This document shows, piece by piece, positions 1-12,394 of a stretch of 64,000 nt of DNA. A model generated the notes under the pieces. It made no database searches, was not told the DNA's origin, and saw nothing but the letters and a program-made list of their open reading frames with translations. This stretch comes from an uncultured Gemmatimonadales bacterium (GTDB lineage: Bacteria > Gemmatimonadota > Gemmatimonadetes > Longimicrobiales > RSA9), in NCBI GenBank assembly GCA_963798085.1, contig CAWCRS010000005.1:672001-736000 (forward strand), given 5' to 3'. Position 1 is the first letter of the stretch, and each line of letters begins with the position of its first letter. Made by a program: the position numbers and the translations under genes.

Positions 1-312
1 GAATTCTACGGTCGCGCCGTGCTCGGCCCTGCGGCCGGCATGACGCTGGTTGCCGGCATCGTCACGATGGTGGCGGGCAAGCTGCCACCGACGCTCTGGA
101 TCATGTGGGGCCTGCTGATGGTGGTCGGCTCACTGGTGGTGGGCGGCGGCCTGATCGGCAGGACCGCAGGGCAGCTCGCCAGACTCGTGGCGCAATCGCC
201 GGACCATCCACGCGTCGCCGCACTGGGCCGGCGCATGGGCATCCTCAGCTGGGTGAACATCCTCATGCTGGTCACTGCAGTGGCCGCCATGGTGTTCAAG
301 CCGTCGTTCTGA
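1..312 (+). CDS. Membrane protein, 5'-truncated (DUF2269-like)
   Basis: Open from the window edge; three hydrophobic segments, ends AVAAMVFKPSF*. Confidence 0.6.
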   Translation, partial: EFYGRAVLGPAAGMTLVAGIVTMVAGKLPPTLWIMWGLLMVVGSLVVGGGLIGRTAGQLARLVAQSPDHPRVAALGRRMGILSWVNILMLVTAVAAMVFKPSF

Positions 313-509
313 TGCGCGCAGCACGAAGTGAACGCCAGCTGCGCGCGTCAATACAGGCGCGCTCCCCAGGGCATACGACTGCGTGGCGCTTGCCACGGTA
401 GCGCGTGTCTCTATCTTTGCGGCGCCCGGCCGCACGCTGTGGTGGTGTCCCTGACTCGCGATTACGGCTTCGCCGAAACGCCCGGACAGCGCGCGGCGAC
501 TGAACTGCG

Positions 510-1784
510 TTGGCACGGCGCCTCAATGGCGCGGAGTGGCTCCTGCGACTGAATCCCTGGCGCGGACTGCGTGGTCTGCCCGCGGAAGTGTGGGTCATTT
601 TCGCCACCACGCTGGTCAATCGCGCGGGCACGATGGTCCTGCCGTTCCTCGTGCTCTACCTGTCGCAGCATCTGCACTACGGCGTGCGCAGCGCCGGCTT
701 CGCGCTCACCGTGTACGGTCTGGGCGGCCTGATCACCGCGCCGCTCGCGGGCCGGCTGTGCGATCGGGTGGGCGCGCTGCGCGTGATGCAGCTCTCGCTG
801 TTCGGCTCGGGCGCACTGCTGCTGGTGCTGCCGCTGGCACACCGGCTGACAGCCGTGTTCGCACTGATCTTCGTGTGGGCGATCATCGCCGATGCCAGCC
901 GGCCCGCCAGCATGGCGGCGCTCACGGGCGCCATTCCCGCGAGTCAGCGCAAGGCTGCCATCGCGCTCAACCGCCTGGCCATCAACCTGGGCATGAGCAT
1001 CGGACCCGCGCTGGGCGGGTTCCTGGCCGCGGTGTCGTTTCCACTGCTCTTCGTGATCGACGGCGTGACTTCCGTGGCCGCCGCCGCACTGCTGACACTG
1101 CTGTTATGGAGGCTGCGGCTGCCTGTGCGCGTGAGGCGGCCCGCCGACCCGGCCGTGCCGCCCGCACGGCGGGCTTCCGCAGCGGCCCTGCGTGACCGGC
1201 GCATGCTGGTGTTCCTCGCCGCCAGTCTGCTGGTGGGCGCCATCTTCCGTCAGGTGGATGCGACGATGGCGATCTTCCTCGTGCGCGACCTGGCACTGCC
1301 CGTCACGTTCTTCGGGCTCCTCTTCGTGGTGAATACCCTGCTCATCGTGCTGCTGGAAGTGCCGCTCAACGTGGCGACCGCGGCGTGGGCGCACCGCCAC
1401 ACCCTGGTGCTGGGCGCAATGCTCATCGCCACGGGCTTCGGCGCCATGGCCTTCGCGCACAGCGCGTGGAGCGTCACCGGTACGGTCGTCGTGTGGACGT
1501 TCGGCGAGATGATCTTCTTTCCCGTTTCCGCCATGTACGTGGCCGAGCTGGCACCACCCGAGCGGCTGGGCGAATACATGGGCGTCTATTTCATGATCGT
1601 GGCGCTGGCCGTGATGATCGGACCATGGGTGGGGACGCTGGTCATGGAACAGTTCGGCGTGGTCACGCTGTGGAGCGCCGTCTTCGTGTGCGGCTGCCTC
1701 GCCGCGCTCATCCTGGGTCTGAGTACACCGGCGGCGCAGCCGTCGACGGACGCTCACGAGCGGGCGAGGGGCGCAGCCATCTAA
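510..1784 (+). CDS. MFS transporter
   Basis: 424 aa, ~12 TM segments, motif A-like GRLCDRVGALR. Confidence 0.9.
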   Translation: MARRLNGAEWLLRLNPWRGLRGLPAEVWVIFATTLVNRAGTMVLPFLVLYLSQHLHYGVRSAGFALTVYGLGGLITAPLAGRLCDRVGALRVMQLSLFGSGALLLVLPLAHRLTAVFALIFVWAIIADASRPASMAALTGAIPASQRKAAIALNRLAINLGMSIGPALGGFLAAVSFPLLFVIDGVTSVAAAALLTLLLWRLRLPVRVRRPADPAVPPARRASAAALRDRRMLVFLAASLLVGAIFRQVDATMAIFLVRDLALPVTFFGLLFVVNTLLIVLLEVPLNVATAAWAHRHTLVLGAMLIATGFGAMAFAHSAWSVTGTVVVWTFGEMIFFPVSAMYVAELAPPERLGEYMGVYFMIVALAVMIGPWVGTLVMEQFGVVTLWSAVFVCGCLAALILGLSTPAAQPSTDAHERARGAAI

Positions 1785-1825
1785 CTCTGTATTACGGAAG
1801 AGCGGGGCCGCACGGGCAGGCTGCG

Positions 1826-2410
1826 CTACCTGGCAGTTGCCCCCGCGAGCGTCACTACCGTGAATCCCCGGCGACGGAAAGGCGGAAAGCTCACGAAAAC
1901 ACTGTGCGCGCCGGCCTCGTGCGTCGCCAGATACGGCTCGATGCGGGCGCGGGCGCGGCTGGAATAGGTGATGATCACGTTGCGTCCGAGGGCTCGCAGC
2001 CGGGACAGCGCTTCCTCGATCAATGGCATGTAGTAGAGCATCTCCACGGCGATCACCAGGTCGAACACACGCCGTGGTGCGAAGGCCTCGAGCGGACAAC
2101 ACGCGTACGTCACGCCGGACACCTGCCTGGCTCTCCCGATCGCCGTCTCGCTCACATCTATGCCCACAACCTCACGCCCGGGAGCGACCAGACGACGCGT
2201 GAAATCGCCTTCGCCGCAGCCCACGTCGAGGATCGAAGCGGGCGCGTGGCTCTCGATCACTTCCAGGAGCCGTGTGTATCGGCGCCGCCCGTTGGCTGAC
2301 GTACGCTGACCCCAGGGATCGCGGGTCCGCGCGTAAAGGCGTTCGAAGCAGCCATAATCGCCCGAATACGCGTACGACACGGTCCGATCCGCAATGAACT
2401 GGTGGGCCAC
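1826..2410 (-). CDS. Class I SAM-dependent methyltransferase (NodS-like)
   Basis: ILDVGCGEGDF motif I; N-terminal FERLY..RDPW; EMLYY. Confidence 0.8.
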   Translation of the reverse strand: MAHQFIADRTVSYAYSGDYGCFERLYARTRDPWGQRTSANGRRRYTRLLEVIESHAPASILDVGCGEGDFTRRLVAPGREVVGIDVSETAIGRARQVSGVTYACCPLEAFAPRRVFDLVIAVEMLYYMPLIEEALSRLRALGRNVIITYSSRARARIEPYLATHEAGAHSVFVSFPPFRRRGFTVVTLAGATAR

Positions 2411-2789
2411 ACCGCGAAGCCTGTCGACAACGCTTATCCGCAGGTACGCACCCTCCGGCTGCCATCCCGCGCTGCCGGGCCATGCGGGAGATCCGCTGGC
2501 TTCTCTATTCGCAGGTCACGATTGCACTTCTTCCGCCATGCCTGCGCCGGGTGGCATCTCTCGAAGCTGCATGCGTCTCCGTTGGCACGCAACCCGCGGC
2601 GCAACCCCCTTCTGTGCGCTGGCGCCTCCCGCCCGGCCCGTTCCCTACGCCCTGTCGGCAATTCCCCGTCTGTAGTAATCGCGGACCCGGCCGATAATCG
2701 TGGCCGTAGCTCGCAGTACGCGCGTGGATGGGCCGAATCCGGGCGCCGCAGAGCAGCCGGCACGGGCCGGCTGAGCCGGGAGGTGGATC

Positions 2790-3005
2790 GTGATCGAGCT
2801 GGCAAAGCACAAGAGACCGATGCGCAAACATGACGAGGGACTGACGGAGTCGATCGCGCAGCGCTTGCGGCGTGCGGCCGCAGAACTGCCCCTGCACGGG
2901 CGCGTCTTTCCGGGGGAACCGCCGCGGCGCAGCCGCTGGTCGCGGGGCCATGCCGAAGCCGGACCGCGCCAGCACTTCGTGCCACACCCGCTGGACGCCG
3001 CGTAG
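2790..3005 (+). CDS. Small hypothetical protein
   Basis: 71 aa; GGAGG just upstream of the GTG start; no recognised motif. Confidence 0.4.
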   Translation: MIELAKHKRPMRKHDEGLTESIAQRLRRAAAELPLHGRVFPGEPPRRSRWSRGHAEAGPRQHFVPHPLDAA

Positions 3006-3031
3006 CGCCGGGCCTCGACTTCCCGGCGATC

Positions 3032-3054
3032 CCTTCTAACAGCCTGTCAGAAGG
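3032..3054. terminator. Hairpin between convergent genes, possible terminator
   Basis: ccttctaaca-gcc-tgtcagaagg, 10-bp stem (one G-U pair on the minus strand); no U tract. Confidence 0.3.
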
Positions 3055-3063
3055 CGACGACGC

Positions 3064-3447
3064 TCAGTCGGGTGTGTGTAACTTGAACACACCCGGGTGC
3101 ACCTGCTCGACCAGCTGCATGAAGCGCGTGCGCTGATCGGGGCGCAGCTCGCCCATGATCTCGTGCAGCGCGGAATCGAGCACGGCGTGCACGCCGGGGC
3201 GTACGGAATCCCAGATCGAATCGATGGCCGGCTGACGCCGGGCGAGGATGGCGCGGACATGCTCGTGCTGCGCCGCGTCCAGCGACAACTCGTGGTCCAG
3301 CCGGCTCATGACGTGCGCCGTGTCGCCCATGTCCGCCATGGAAGCAACCCCGTGCAGGTGCAGGTGCACGATGGCGCCGCCGATGACGATGCCGGCCAGC
3401 AGCGTCACCGTGAGCAGCAGTGAGCCACGCAGCCAGGGCGCGCTCAT
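3064..3447 (-). CDS. Membrane-anchored periplasmic helical protein (Spy/CpxP/heavy-metal-sensor-like)
   Basis: N-terminal TM, then ELSLDAAQHEHVRAIL and ELRPDQR motifs; His/Met-rich; start overlaps the upstream stop. Confidence 0.7.
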   Translation of the reverse strand: MSAPWLRGSLLLTVTLLAGIVIGGAIVHLHLHGVASMADMGDTAHVMSRLDHELSLDAAQHEHVRAILARRQPAIDSIWDSVRPGVHAVLDSALHEIMGELRPDQRTRFMQLVEQVHPGVFKLHTPD

Positions 3448-3809
3448 CGCTCCGCCTCCGTCTGCGGCGCTTCCAGCAGCAGCACGCCAATGGCGGGCGC
3501 GCGGTCCTGCGCGGCAATCGTGCGGCCCAGTGCATTGGAAGGCGCCAGGACATGCATGCCGCCAGACGCTACGCCGGCGAAAGGCGAGCTGGCCGGCAGC
3601 AGCAGGAGCACCAGGGCCGCGGCGACGAACAGCGACGCCGTGATCCAGCCCGTCCGCGACGCCGCGAACTGGCCGAAGTCGCTGCCGCCCGCGGCAGCGC
3701 TGGTCACGCGACGAGCGAGTGCATCCCAGTACTGCGCGTCGTCGCGGATGGATGACGTGTCGAACAGGTCAGGCATTGCCCTGTCCTCCCGGCCTCCGGT
3801 TTCCCGCAT
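3444..3809 (-). CDS. Putative anti-sigma factor (single TM)
   Basis: Directly after the ECF sigma (TAATG overlap; alternative start 3776 with GGAGGA); YWDALARRV followed by a TM helix. Confidence 0.6.
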   Translation of the reverse strand: MRETGGREDRAMPDLFDTSSIRDDAQYWDALARRVTSAAAGGSDFGQFAASRTGWITASLFVAAALVLLLLPASSPFAGVASGGMHVLAPSNALGRTIAAQDRAPAIGVLLLEAPQTEAER

Positions 3810-4391
3810 TACGCTTCCGGTTCCATGCTGTGGCCATGCAGCGCGAGCCGCAACGCGCGCCGTGCGCGAAACACATGCTGGCGTACCGTCGCCGGTGCAA
3901 TGCCGTGCATGGTGGCCACTGTCTCGGGCGCGAGGTCGCGCACCGCCACCAGCTCGAAACAGGCGCGCTGCATGGGCGAAAGCTGCAGCAGCGCCCGCCT
4001 GGCAGTGGCCGCGTCCACGCGCGCCAGCAACGCGCTCTCGATGTGTACGCTGCCGGCCTCCTCGCCGGTTCCGCCCCCGAAGATGCGCAGCAGCCTCGCC
4101 CGCCTCGCCTCCCGTGCCCGCCGGTTGGAGGCCTGACGGCGCACAATGGCGAAGAACCACGGCGCGAACGGACGCGCAGCATTCGAACTGCGCGGCCCGC
4201 GCGTGTACCACGGTGAACGCGGATTGCACGATGTCTTCCGCATTGTCGCGGTCCCCCAGCAGCTGCGCCGCCAGCAGCGTAGCGGGGCGGATGTAGCGCC
4301 GCACGAGTACCGCAAACGCCGCGTTATCACCGTCCGCCGCGGCCGCGAGCAGTGCCGCATCACCGCGCTCGTCATTGCGCACGAAGCGCAA
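3809..4391 (-). CDS. ECF RNA polymerase sigma factor (frameshift at ~4182)
   Basis: Region 2 AFAVLVRRY..AEDIVQSAF in one frame; FAPWFFAIVRR and region 4 TVRQHVFRAR in the next frame. Confidence 0.85.
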
Positions 4392-5571
4392 CCGCCGGGT
4401 GCAGCGCCGCAGCGGCGCGCGCCGGCGCCACGGCCGCGGCCACGCCCGCCGCGCAGCAGGCCAGGAATGCCGCCGCCGCGGTGGACATCGACCACGCTGC
4501 CTGCGCCAGCACGGTGCCGGCAGCGGCCAGTGCGATACCCGTCAATGCGCCTGACAGGCACACACTCAATGCCTCCACGAGAAACTGCCGGAAGATCATG
4601 GGCCGAGTGGCGCCCAGCGCCCGGCGGGTGCCGATTTCGGCGCGTCGCTCGCGCACGGAAAGCAGCTGCAGTGCGAAGATGCCGAGTGCGCTCGCGGTCA
4701 GCAACGCGACCGATACTTCCACCTGGAACGCGCGCAGCCGGCGCAGCGTCGTCTCCCGGATGTCGACCAGGCGGGTCTGATCCTGCACCCGGAAATCGCG
4801 CGCCTCGTCCATGACGCGATGGTGGCGCTCCTCGAGCAGCGCCAGGATGGCGCGGGATGCTTCGGGCAGATTCGACGCCTCTCCCACGCGCACGTAGACG
4901 CGCTGTACGTAATCGACCTGGAACAGCCGGCGCCGTGCCGTCTTCAGGGGGATGAAGATCACCTCGTCTTCGTTGAATGCGTCGAGTCCGCTGCCGCGCT
5001 CCGCCATCACGCCCAGCACGGTGAACGGGATGCCGCCCAGGCGGATCGGCTCACCCACGGGATCACGTCCGGGAAACAGGTCCCTGGCAATGCGGCCGCC
5101 CAGCACGGCCACACGCTGGCCCTGCGCGTCATCCGCATTATCGAAGAAGCGGCCGGAGCGCATGGCGCCGGCGCGCAACGATGCGTACGCCGGCTCAATG
5201 CCGGCCACGCGCGGCTCGCGCACCAGATTGCCTGCCTTCACCGGCAGCTCCGTGCGGTACTCCGCCGCGGTGCCCGCCAGTCCCGTCACCTCGCGCGCGA
5301 TGGCACGCACGTCTTCCAGCGTCAGCGTGCGCACCCCATCGCCGGTGCGCACGCGACCGCCCCGGTTGCGGCTGGGCTCCGCGCTCACCGTCAGCACGTT
5401 CGCGCCGATCCCGCTGATTTCCCGCTCTGCCTGCATTCTGCCCTTCTCGGCAATGGCGACTGCCACGAGCAGTGCCGCGAGGGCAACGCCCAGGCCCAGC
5501 GCCGCGAGCGCGGAACGCAGCGGCCGGCGCCACACCATGCGCAAGGCGAGGACGAGGCGCTCAGCCCGCAT
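4372..5571 (-). CDS. MacB/FtsX-type ABC permease
   Basis: TM1, periplasmic domain, [17 protein letters not shown], 3 TM. Confidence 0.9.
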   Translation of the reverse strand: MRAERLVLALRMVWRRPLRSALAALGLGVALAALLVAVAIAEKGRMQAEREISGIGANVLTVSAEPSRNRGGRVRTGDGVRTLTLEDVRAIAREVTGLAGTAAEYRTELPVKAGNLVREPRVAGIEPAYASLRAGAMRSGRFFDNADDAQGQRVAVLGGRIARDLFPGRDPVGEPIRLGGIPFTVLGVMAERGSGLDAFNEDEVIFIPLKTARRRLFQVDYVQRVYVRVGEASNLPEASRAILALLEERHHRVMDEARDFRVQDQTRLVDIRETTLRRLRAFQVEVSVALLTASALGIFALQLLSVRERRAEIGTRRALGATRPMIFRQFLVEALSVCLSGALTGIALAAAGTVLAQAAWSMSTAAAAFLACCAAGVAAAVAPARAAAALHPAVALRAQ

Positions 5572-6804
5572 CGCGCAGCGCCACACCCGGCGGCAGCGCG
5601 GCCGCCCGTCGTGCGGGGAAGTATCCCGCCACTGCGCCCATGGCAATGGTCGCGGCAATGGTGCCCAGCGTGAGCGGCCACGCCACGGCCAGCTGCATGC
5701 CCATCAGGTGCCCGCCCAGGCGAGTAATGCCAACGGCCAGCAGCGTGCCGCACAGCGCAGCGCCAGCGGCGACCAGCACGGACTCCGCCCAGAACTGACG
5801 CAGCACGGCCGCGCGCGATGCGCCCACGGCGCGACGCGTGCCGATCTCCCGGCTGCGCGACACGGTTGCGGCAAACATCAGGTTTGCGATCACCACACCA
5901 CCGATCAGCAGGGACAGCACGCCGATCCAGAGCAGCGCCTTCTGAATCGTGCTGTCTACAATGGCGACCTGCGCGATCATGGCTTCGGGCGACATTACGC
6001 GGAAATCGTCCAGCTCGTTGTTCGTGATCGCGTGCCGCTGGCGCAGCAGCGTCTCCACGGCCGCCTGGGTGGCGGGCCAGCGCTGATTCTGCTGCAGCTT
6101 CACGCGGATCATGTTGAGCCACGGCCGGTTCAGCACGCGTCGCTGGGACGTGGCCAGCGGCACGTACACCACGTTGTCCAGGCTCAGCATGTGGCCGCCA
6201 TTGGCGTCCTGCGCGCCACCGACCGGACGCAGCACGCCCACGACTTCCAGATCAATGCCCCGCACGCGCACGTGCTGGCCCACGGGCGAGCTTTCCGGAA
6301 AGTACTGCTTCGCCACATTGGCGCCGATCACGGCCACGCGCGCCAGCGCCACGCCGTCTTCATCGGCGAACAGCGCGCCCTCCGCGATGGAGTCGCCGAC
6401 GACCATGGCCCAGTTGGCTGTGGCGCCGAAGAACGCGGTGGTGCCGTTGTGTCCGTTCACTTCGATGGGTGCGTTCAGATCGATCTGCTCAGCCTCGACC
6501 GTGCGCACATTGGGCACGGAACGCGCAATCGCTTCGGCATCCTCGGGCGCGAGTGTCGTGACCGACGATTCCAGGTGCGACATGCCGCGCTCCGACGGGC
6601 CGCTCTGCACCACGAGCAGCACGTCGAGTGCGCCGATCATCGACTTGAAGCGCTGCGCCACCGCGCGCCGGGCGCCCTCGCCCGTGGCCACGGTCAGCGT
6701 GATGCTGGCGGCGCCGACCACCAGGCCGAGTCCCATCAGCAACGTGCGCCCCGGATGACGCCGCAGTGTGCGGCCGGCCAGTGTCCACGTGGAATTTGCC
6801 ATCG

Positions 6805-6808
<4 letters not shown>
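5561..6808 (-). CDS. MacB/FtsX-type ABC permease
   Basis: [22 protein letters not shown]; 4-TM architecture. Confidence 0.9.
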
Positions 6809-7496
<688 letters not shown>

Positions 7497-7500
<4 letters not shown>

Positions 7501-7907
7501 TGCCCTGCCTTCGCGCGATTGAGCACGAACGTCATGCTGCCCTGCTCGCAGGCGGTCTGGCCCTTCATGGTCTCGCCCTCGAGGACGGCTGTGGTCGAGC
7601 ACGACATCCCCATCAGCTCCACGGTCCAGGAAAGCCTGTTGCCGTCGACCTTGAATCCGCTGACCGGGCCCCCGGGCACGTCCTCGTCCGCCGTCAACCT
7701 CATGCTCGCATGCCAGCCCCTGTCCCACGCGATGCTCAGTCGCACGCTGCCGGTGGGCCCGTGATCGGTCTGGAAGGATCCGTCCCACGTGCCCACCACT
7801 TTCGCGGCGCCCGCACTGTCGGCCGGCGCGGTGCCGCGATTCTGGGCGTACGCGGGCAGCGCGTTCAGCGTGCACACGATCGCGAGCAGGGCAAGTCTGC
7901 GTTTCAT
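7497..7907 (-). CDS. Secreted hypothetical protein
   Basis: Signal peptide MKRRLALLAIV..AYA; VVGTWDG beta-rich domain; stop overlaps the ATPase start. Confidence 0.7.
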
Positions 7908-7965
7908 TCCGGTCACCTGTCGGTTCATGGTGGGTGATAACGACGTGTCAGTGTCGGGCCCCGGC

Positions 7966-9052
7966 TCAGCCGCCTTCGGGAAAGCGGCCGGTCAGCACCG
8001 TGTCCGCGGGCGAAAGGCCGGAGCGTACTTCCGAGACATCGCTCTGGCGCGCACCCAGCAGCACGCTCACGCGCTCCGCCTGGCCGTTCCGCCGGCGCCA
8101 CACGTACGTGCCGTCCGCCGCCTGGCGCACCGCCGCGGTGGGAATCACCAGCGCGTGCTGTGCGGGGCCGGCGATGCTGACGGTGGCGGTCATTCTGCGG
8201 CTTCAGGTCGGCAGTGCCGCCGGCAACGCGGATGTGCACCTCGTAGTCGACGACGCCGCCCACGACGGTCGCGTCGGGAGCAATGCTCACGACCACGCCA
8301 TGGAAGGTGCGACCGGGCCAGGCGTCGACCGTAAACTCGGCGTTATCCCCCGTGTGCACCCGCCCGATGTCGGTTTCGTCGACCAGCGCGATGCACTCGA
8401 TGCGTGCGGGATCGAGCAGTGTCACGAAGGTGGGCGCGGCGAGGGAAGCAGCCACGGTCTCGCCTTCGCGTGTGCTCACGGAGGCGACCACGCCGGCAAT
8501 GGGCGCGCGGATCACCGTGTACTCGAGCTGCAGCTGTGCCAGCGCGCGCGCGGCCAGGGCGCCATCCAGACGGGCCTGCGCGCCGTGGAACGCCGTGCGC
8601 GCGGCCAGCAGCTCCTGCGCGGTGGCACCATCCGCCCGGGCCAGCGCCTCGGCCCGCTCCAGCTCCTGCTGCTGCTGCGTCAGCGTCGCCTGCAGTTCCG
8701 CGATCGTCGCGTTCACCTGCTCGAGCCGGGCGCGCGCCTCGCGGTCATCCAGGCGGGCGATCACGGCATCGCGCGCCACGCGTGTGCCCTGCGTGACCGG
8801 CAGCGAGACCACTACGCCGGACACGCGCGCGCCCACCGCGATGCGCGCACCCGGCAGCAGACTGACATTGCCGGTGGCGAGCACGCGGGGCGTGAAATCG
8901 CGCTCCTGTGCAACAGCCGTGGGCGCACTGTCGCCGCCGCTCGCGGCCTGCACGGGCCGGCGCAGCACCAGCGCGGCGCCCGTCGTGCCGCCCAGCAATG
9001 CAACCACCAGGCTCCCTGTCAGGAGTACGCGTGAACCGGTCTTCATATCCAT
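7966..9052 (-). CDS. Efflux periplasmic adaptor (MacA-like), frameshift at ~8193
   Basis: VGARVSG, helical hairpin, TVIRAPIAGVV, VDETDIGRV; tail MTATVSI..GLSPADTV in the next frame. Confidence 0.9.
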
Positions 9053-9233
9053 CAGTTCGCACGACCGGGCTGCATGTTTACAGCTGCCGGAACGAGCGGC
9101 CCTGGCGGGCGGCAGGAGGGCGCGTGTCGGAGGAGCCGGCCCGGGGCTTCAGCCGGCCGCGATACTGCGTACGTCGCGAGGCCGAGGCTGAGGCGTTGGC
9201 GAAACGGCCCCGGCCGCGCGCTGCTACGGCAAC

Positions 9234-11900
9234 TCAGGTGTCGGTGCGCAGTGCCTGCAGCGGGTCGATGCGGACGGCGCGGCGGGCCGGGATGTAAGAC
9301 GCTGTCAGGGCGACCAGCAGCATGAAGGCCGATGTGCCGGCCAGCGTGACCCCATCCGTCGGGCCGATGCCGAACAGGAAACGTGTCATGCCCCTCGCCA
9401 GCGCCACCGCGAGTGTGATGCCGATGGGCAGGCCCAGCGCGACAAAGCCGAGATTGCTACGCACCACGAGACGCACCACACTGGGGGCGCGCGCGCCCAG
9501 CGCCATGCGGATCCCGATCTCGCGCGTGCGGCGGCTCACGGCGTAGGCGACGACGCCGTAGATGCCCACCGCGGTTACCACGAGCGCGAGCGCGCTGAAC
9601 ACGCCCAGCAGCCACGCGCCGGCGAGCTGCGGCGCCAGGATGGCACGGACGCGGTCACTCATGGTGCCGGCGTGAGCCAGCGGCACGGCTGGATCGGCCG
9701 AGCGCACGGCCGCGATCACAGGCTGCAGCACCGCTTCGGGGTCGCCGGGCGTGCGCACCACCATCATGGGCGCGCCTACGGCACCGTGAAATGCCACCTG
9801 CAGCAGCGGGAACCAGGCGTAGGGTCGCGCCGGCTCATTGAGCTCGTGATAGCGCGAATCGCGCGCCACGCCGACCACCGTCCAGGTGGCGCCGCGGATC
9901 GTGACATGCGCCCCGAGCGGGTCGCGCCCCGCGAAGTAGTGCTGCGCCGCGGTTTCGTTGATGATGATCGCGGGTGTGGCATTGCCATTGTCACGCTCGT
10001 TGAAATCACGCCCGGCGAGCAGCGGGATGCTCATGATGTCGTGGAAGCGCGGGCCCACTGTGTTGTACTCGAGCCTCACGCGCTCGCCGGCGGCGGGCCT
10101 GTAGCCCTCGATCACGGCACTCTCCCGGTCGCTGTCGTCGGTCAGCGGCACCGCAGCCACCCACGTCACACCGGTCACGCCCGGCACCGCGCCCGCGCGC
10201 TCCGCCGCGGTCACGTAATAGTCGTGCGCTCGTTGCGGACTCAGTTGTGCCAGCCCCGGATCCACCGCCAGCACGGCCAGGTGCTCGGCGCGGAAACCGA
10301 GATCCACGGACAGCGCCCGTGTGAGCGCACGCAGGAAAAGCCCGGTCCCCACCAGGAGCACGAGCCCGGCCGCGACCTGCGCTGTCACCAGAGCACCGCG
10401 CATGGCCTGCACCGACGAACCCCGCGTCGCCGCCGCATCCTTGATGGCGGCCGCCGTGCTGGAGCGCGATGCCTGCCACGCCGGCGCCAGCCCTACTAAC
10501 AGACCCGTTAGCAGGGTCACGACCAGCGCGAAACCGAGCAGCGGCAGATCGACGCGCAGGTCGAGAACGCCGGCGGCGATGTCGCCCGGCAGCGTGATGC
10601 CGGAAATGAGGGCGCGCGCCGCCGCATACACGCCCAGGCCCGCCATGCCACCCGCGAGCGCCAGCACCAGCGCTTCGGTCAGCAGCTGGCGCGCGAGCCG
10701 CCAGCGGCCCGCGCCCAGCGCCACGCGTACCGCGATCTCCCGCTCCCGATAGGCAGCGCGCGAAAGCAGCAGTCCGGCAATGTTGGCGCACGCCGTCAGC
10801 AGCACGAGCGCGATCACGGCAGCCAGGATGGCGCTGAAGCGGACCACAGCCTCGCGCGCACCCGTGGGCAGGACTGCGGCCTGCAGCGAACGCAGCCGGA
10901 TCAGATTGCGCACTTCCTGTTCGGAAGCGCCCCTGGCGACGGCGCTCAGCCGCGCCAGCAGCTGACTGGCCACCTGCGCTTCGCTCGAGCCGGCCGGCAC
11001 CCGTCCCATCAGGCTCAGCCATGTCCAGCCTTCATCCTCGATCCTGGCCGAGCGCATGGAGCTGGGCTTCAACGCCTCGAACGCGTGCAGCGTCAGCCAG
11101 ATCGACGGCACCGTGCCCAGGTGCAGCCCGCGGAAGTCGCGCGCGGCAACGCCCACGACCGTGACAGGCGCGCCGTTCACCGTCACCGTTCGCCCGATGA
11201 TCGATGCATCCCCGGCGAACTGGCGATTCCAGTAGTCGAAGGCGAGCACGCCCACCGGCGCCACGCCCGACACGTCATCGCCATCGGCGAGCACGCGGCC
11301 GAGCGCGGCGTGCACGCCCAGCAGCGCGAAGTAGTTGCCGGATACGAACGCGCCCTGTGTCTGCTGTGCACTGGCGCCATCGCCCAGAGCGATCCGGCGA
11401 TCGCTGAACGCGGAGAGCCCCAGCGCCGGCGCGGCATCACGCAGCTCGCGGTACACCGGGTACGAGGACACGTCGCTCAACGCGAACAGTTGCTCCAGCT
11501 GCGGCACACCGCGCACCGGCCGCAGGATGACGGCCTGGATGAGCGAGAAGATCGTAGTGCTCGCGCCGATCCCCAGCGCCAGCGTCACAATCACCGCGAC
11601 CGCAAACCCGGGCGCACGCAGCAGCGCACGCACCGCGTACCGGGCATCCTGTCCAGCTTCCTCGATCCCTTGCATGATGCGCTCCCACCGGGCCAGACGG
11701 TGACTCTCTTCCAGGCATTCATCGCGAATGCCGGCCACATCGCCGAAACGACTGCGCGCCAGGCCCGCCGCATCCGCCGGCAACACACCCTGCGCGCGCA
11801 GCTGCGATTCCCGCATCGCGATGTGAAACGCGATCTCTTCCTCCACTTCCCCCTTCACATCGCGGGAACGAAACGAGGGCAGCCGGAAAATGCGTCGCAT
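9234..11900 (-). CDS. ADOP-type duplicated ABC permease #1
   Basis: EVEEEIAFH prefix, TLALGIGA, LLTACANIAGLLL, RTREIGIRMALGA; two MacB repeats, no ATPase. Confidence 0.9.
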   Translation of the reverse strand: MRRIFRLPSFRSRDVKGEVEEEIAFHIAMRESQLRAQGVLPADAAGLARSRFGDVAGIRDECLEESHRLARWERIMQGIEEAGQDARYAVRALLRAPGFAVAVIVTLALGIGASTTIFSLIQAVILRPVRGVPQLEQLFALSDVSSYPVYRELRDAAPALGLSAFSDRRIALGDGASAQQTQGAFVSGNYFALLGVHAALGRVLADGDDVSGVAPVGVLAFDYWNRQFAGDASIIGRTVTVNGAPVTVVGVAARDFRGLHLGTVPSIWLTLHAFEALKPSSMRSARIEDEGWTWLSLMGRVPAGSSEAQVASQLLARLSAVARGASEQEVRNLIRLRSLQAAVLPTGAREAVVRFSAILAAVIALVLLTACANIAGLLLSRAAYREREIAVRVALGAGRWRLARQLLTEALVLALAGGMAGLGVYAAARALISGITLPGDIAAGVLDLRVDLPLLGFALVVTLLTGLLVGLAPAWQASRSSTAAAIKDAAATRGSSVQAMRGALVTAQVAAGLVLLVGTGLFLRALTRALSVDLGFRAEHLAVLAVDPGLAQLSPQRAHDYYVTAAERAGAVPGVTGVTWVAAVPLTDDSDRESAVIEGYRPAAGERVRLEYNTVGPRFHDIMSIPLLAGRDFNERDNGNATPAIIINETAAQHYFAGRDPLGAHVTIRGATWTVVGVARDSRYHELNEPARPYAWFPLLQVAFHGAVGAPMMVVRTPGDPEAVLQPVIAAVRSADPAVPLAHAGTMSDRVRAILAPQLAGAWLLGVFSALALVVTAVGIYGVVAYAVSRRTREIGIRMALGARAPSVVRLVVRSNLGFVALGLPIGITLAVALARGMTRFLFGIGPTDGVTLAGTSAFMLLVALTASYIPARRAVRIDPLQALRTDT

Positions 11901-11908
11901 GGATTCGG

Positions 11909-12259
11909 TTAGTGGCTCGCGTCCGCGGACGGCAGCGAAAGGGCGCCCGCAATGGCGTCCACGTGCCGCTGCCAGGACGATGTCTGCGCGATCAGCCGCG
12001 CCCGCCCCGCCGCGGTCAGCTCGTAGTACTTCGCCCGCCGGTTGTTCTCCGACGCACCCCACGCCGAACGCACCAGCCGCCGCCGCGCCAGCCGGTGCAG
12101 CGCGGGATACAGCGTGCCTTCCTCGATCAGCAGCGTGGCGCGCGTCGCCTGCTGGATCCACTCCGCGATCGCATACCCGTGCTTCGCTCCCAGACTCAAC
12201 GCCTTCAGGATCAGCAGGTCCACGCTCTCCCGCAGCACGTGCAGGTTCATCTCGGCCAT
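11909..12259 (-). CDS. PadR family transcriptional regulator
   Basis: HGYAI..EEGTLYPALHRL..ENNRRAKYYELT. Confidence 0.9.
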   Translation of the reverse strand: MAEMNLHVLRESVDLLILKALSLGAKHGYAIAEWIQQATRATLLIEEGTLYPALHRLARRRLVRSAWGASENNRRAKYYELTAAGRARLIAQTSSWQRHVDAIAGALSLPSADASH

Positions 12260-12344
12260 GGTCGTTCCCGATCTGATAATGGGTCGCAAGCCACGAACGC
12301 CAGCGCGGTCGGAGTTCATGGTCCCCGTCCGTTTGCGGCCGCCG

Positions 12345-12394
12345 CCCTTGCCTGGCAAGGGATAATAGCGAACCAACCCATTGCCTGACAAGGG
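12345..12394. promoter_or_regulatory. Tandem palindromes, putative PadR operators
   Basis: cccttgcc-t-ggcaaggg (12345-12361) and ccattgcctgacaaggg (12378-12394), 33 bp apart. Confidence 0.6.
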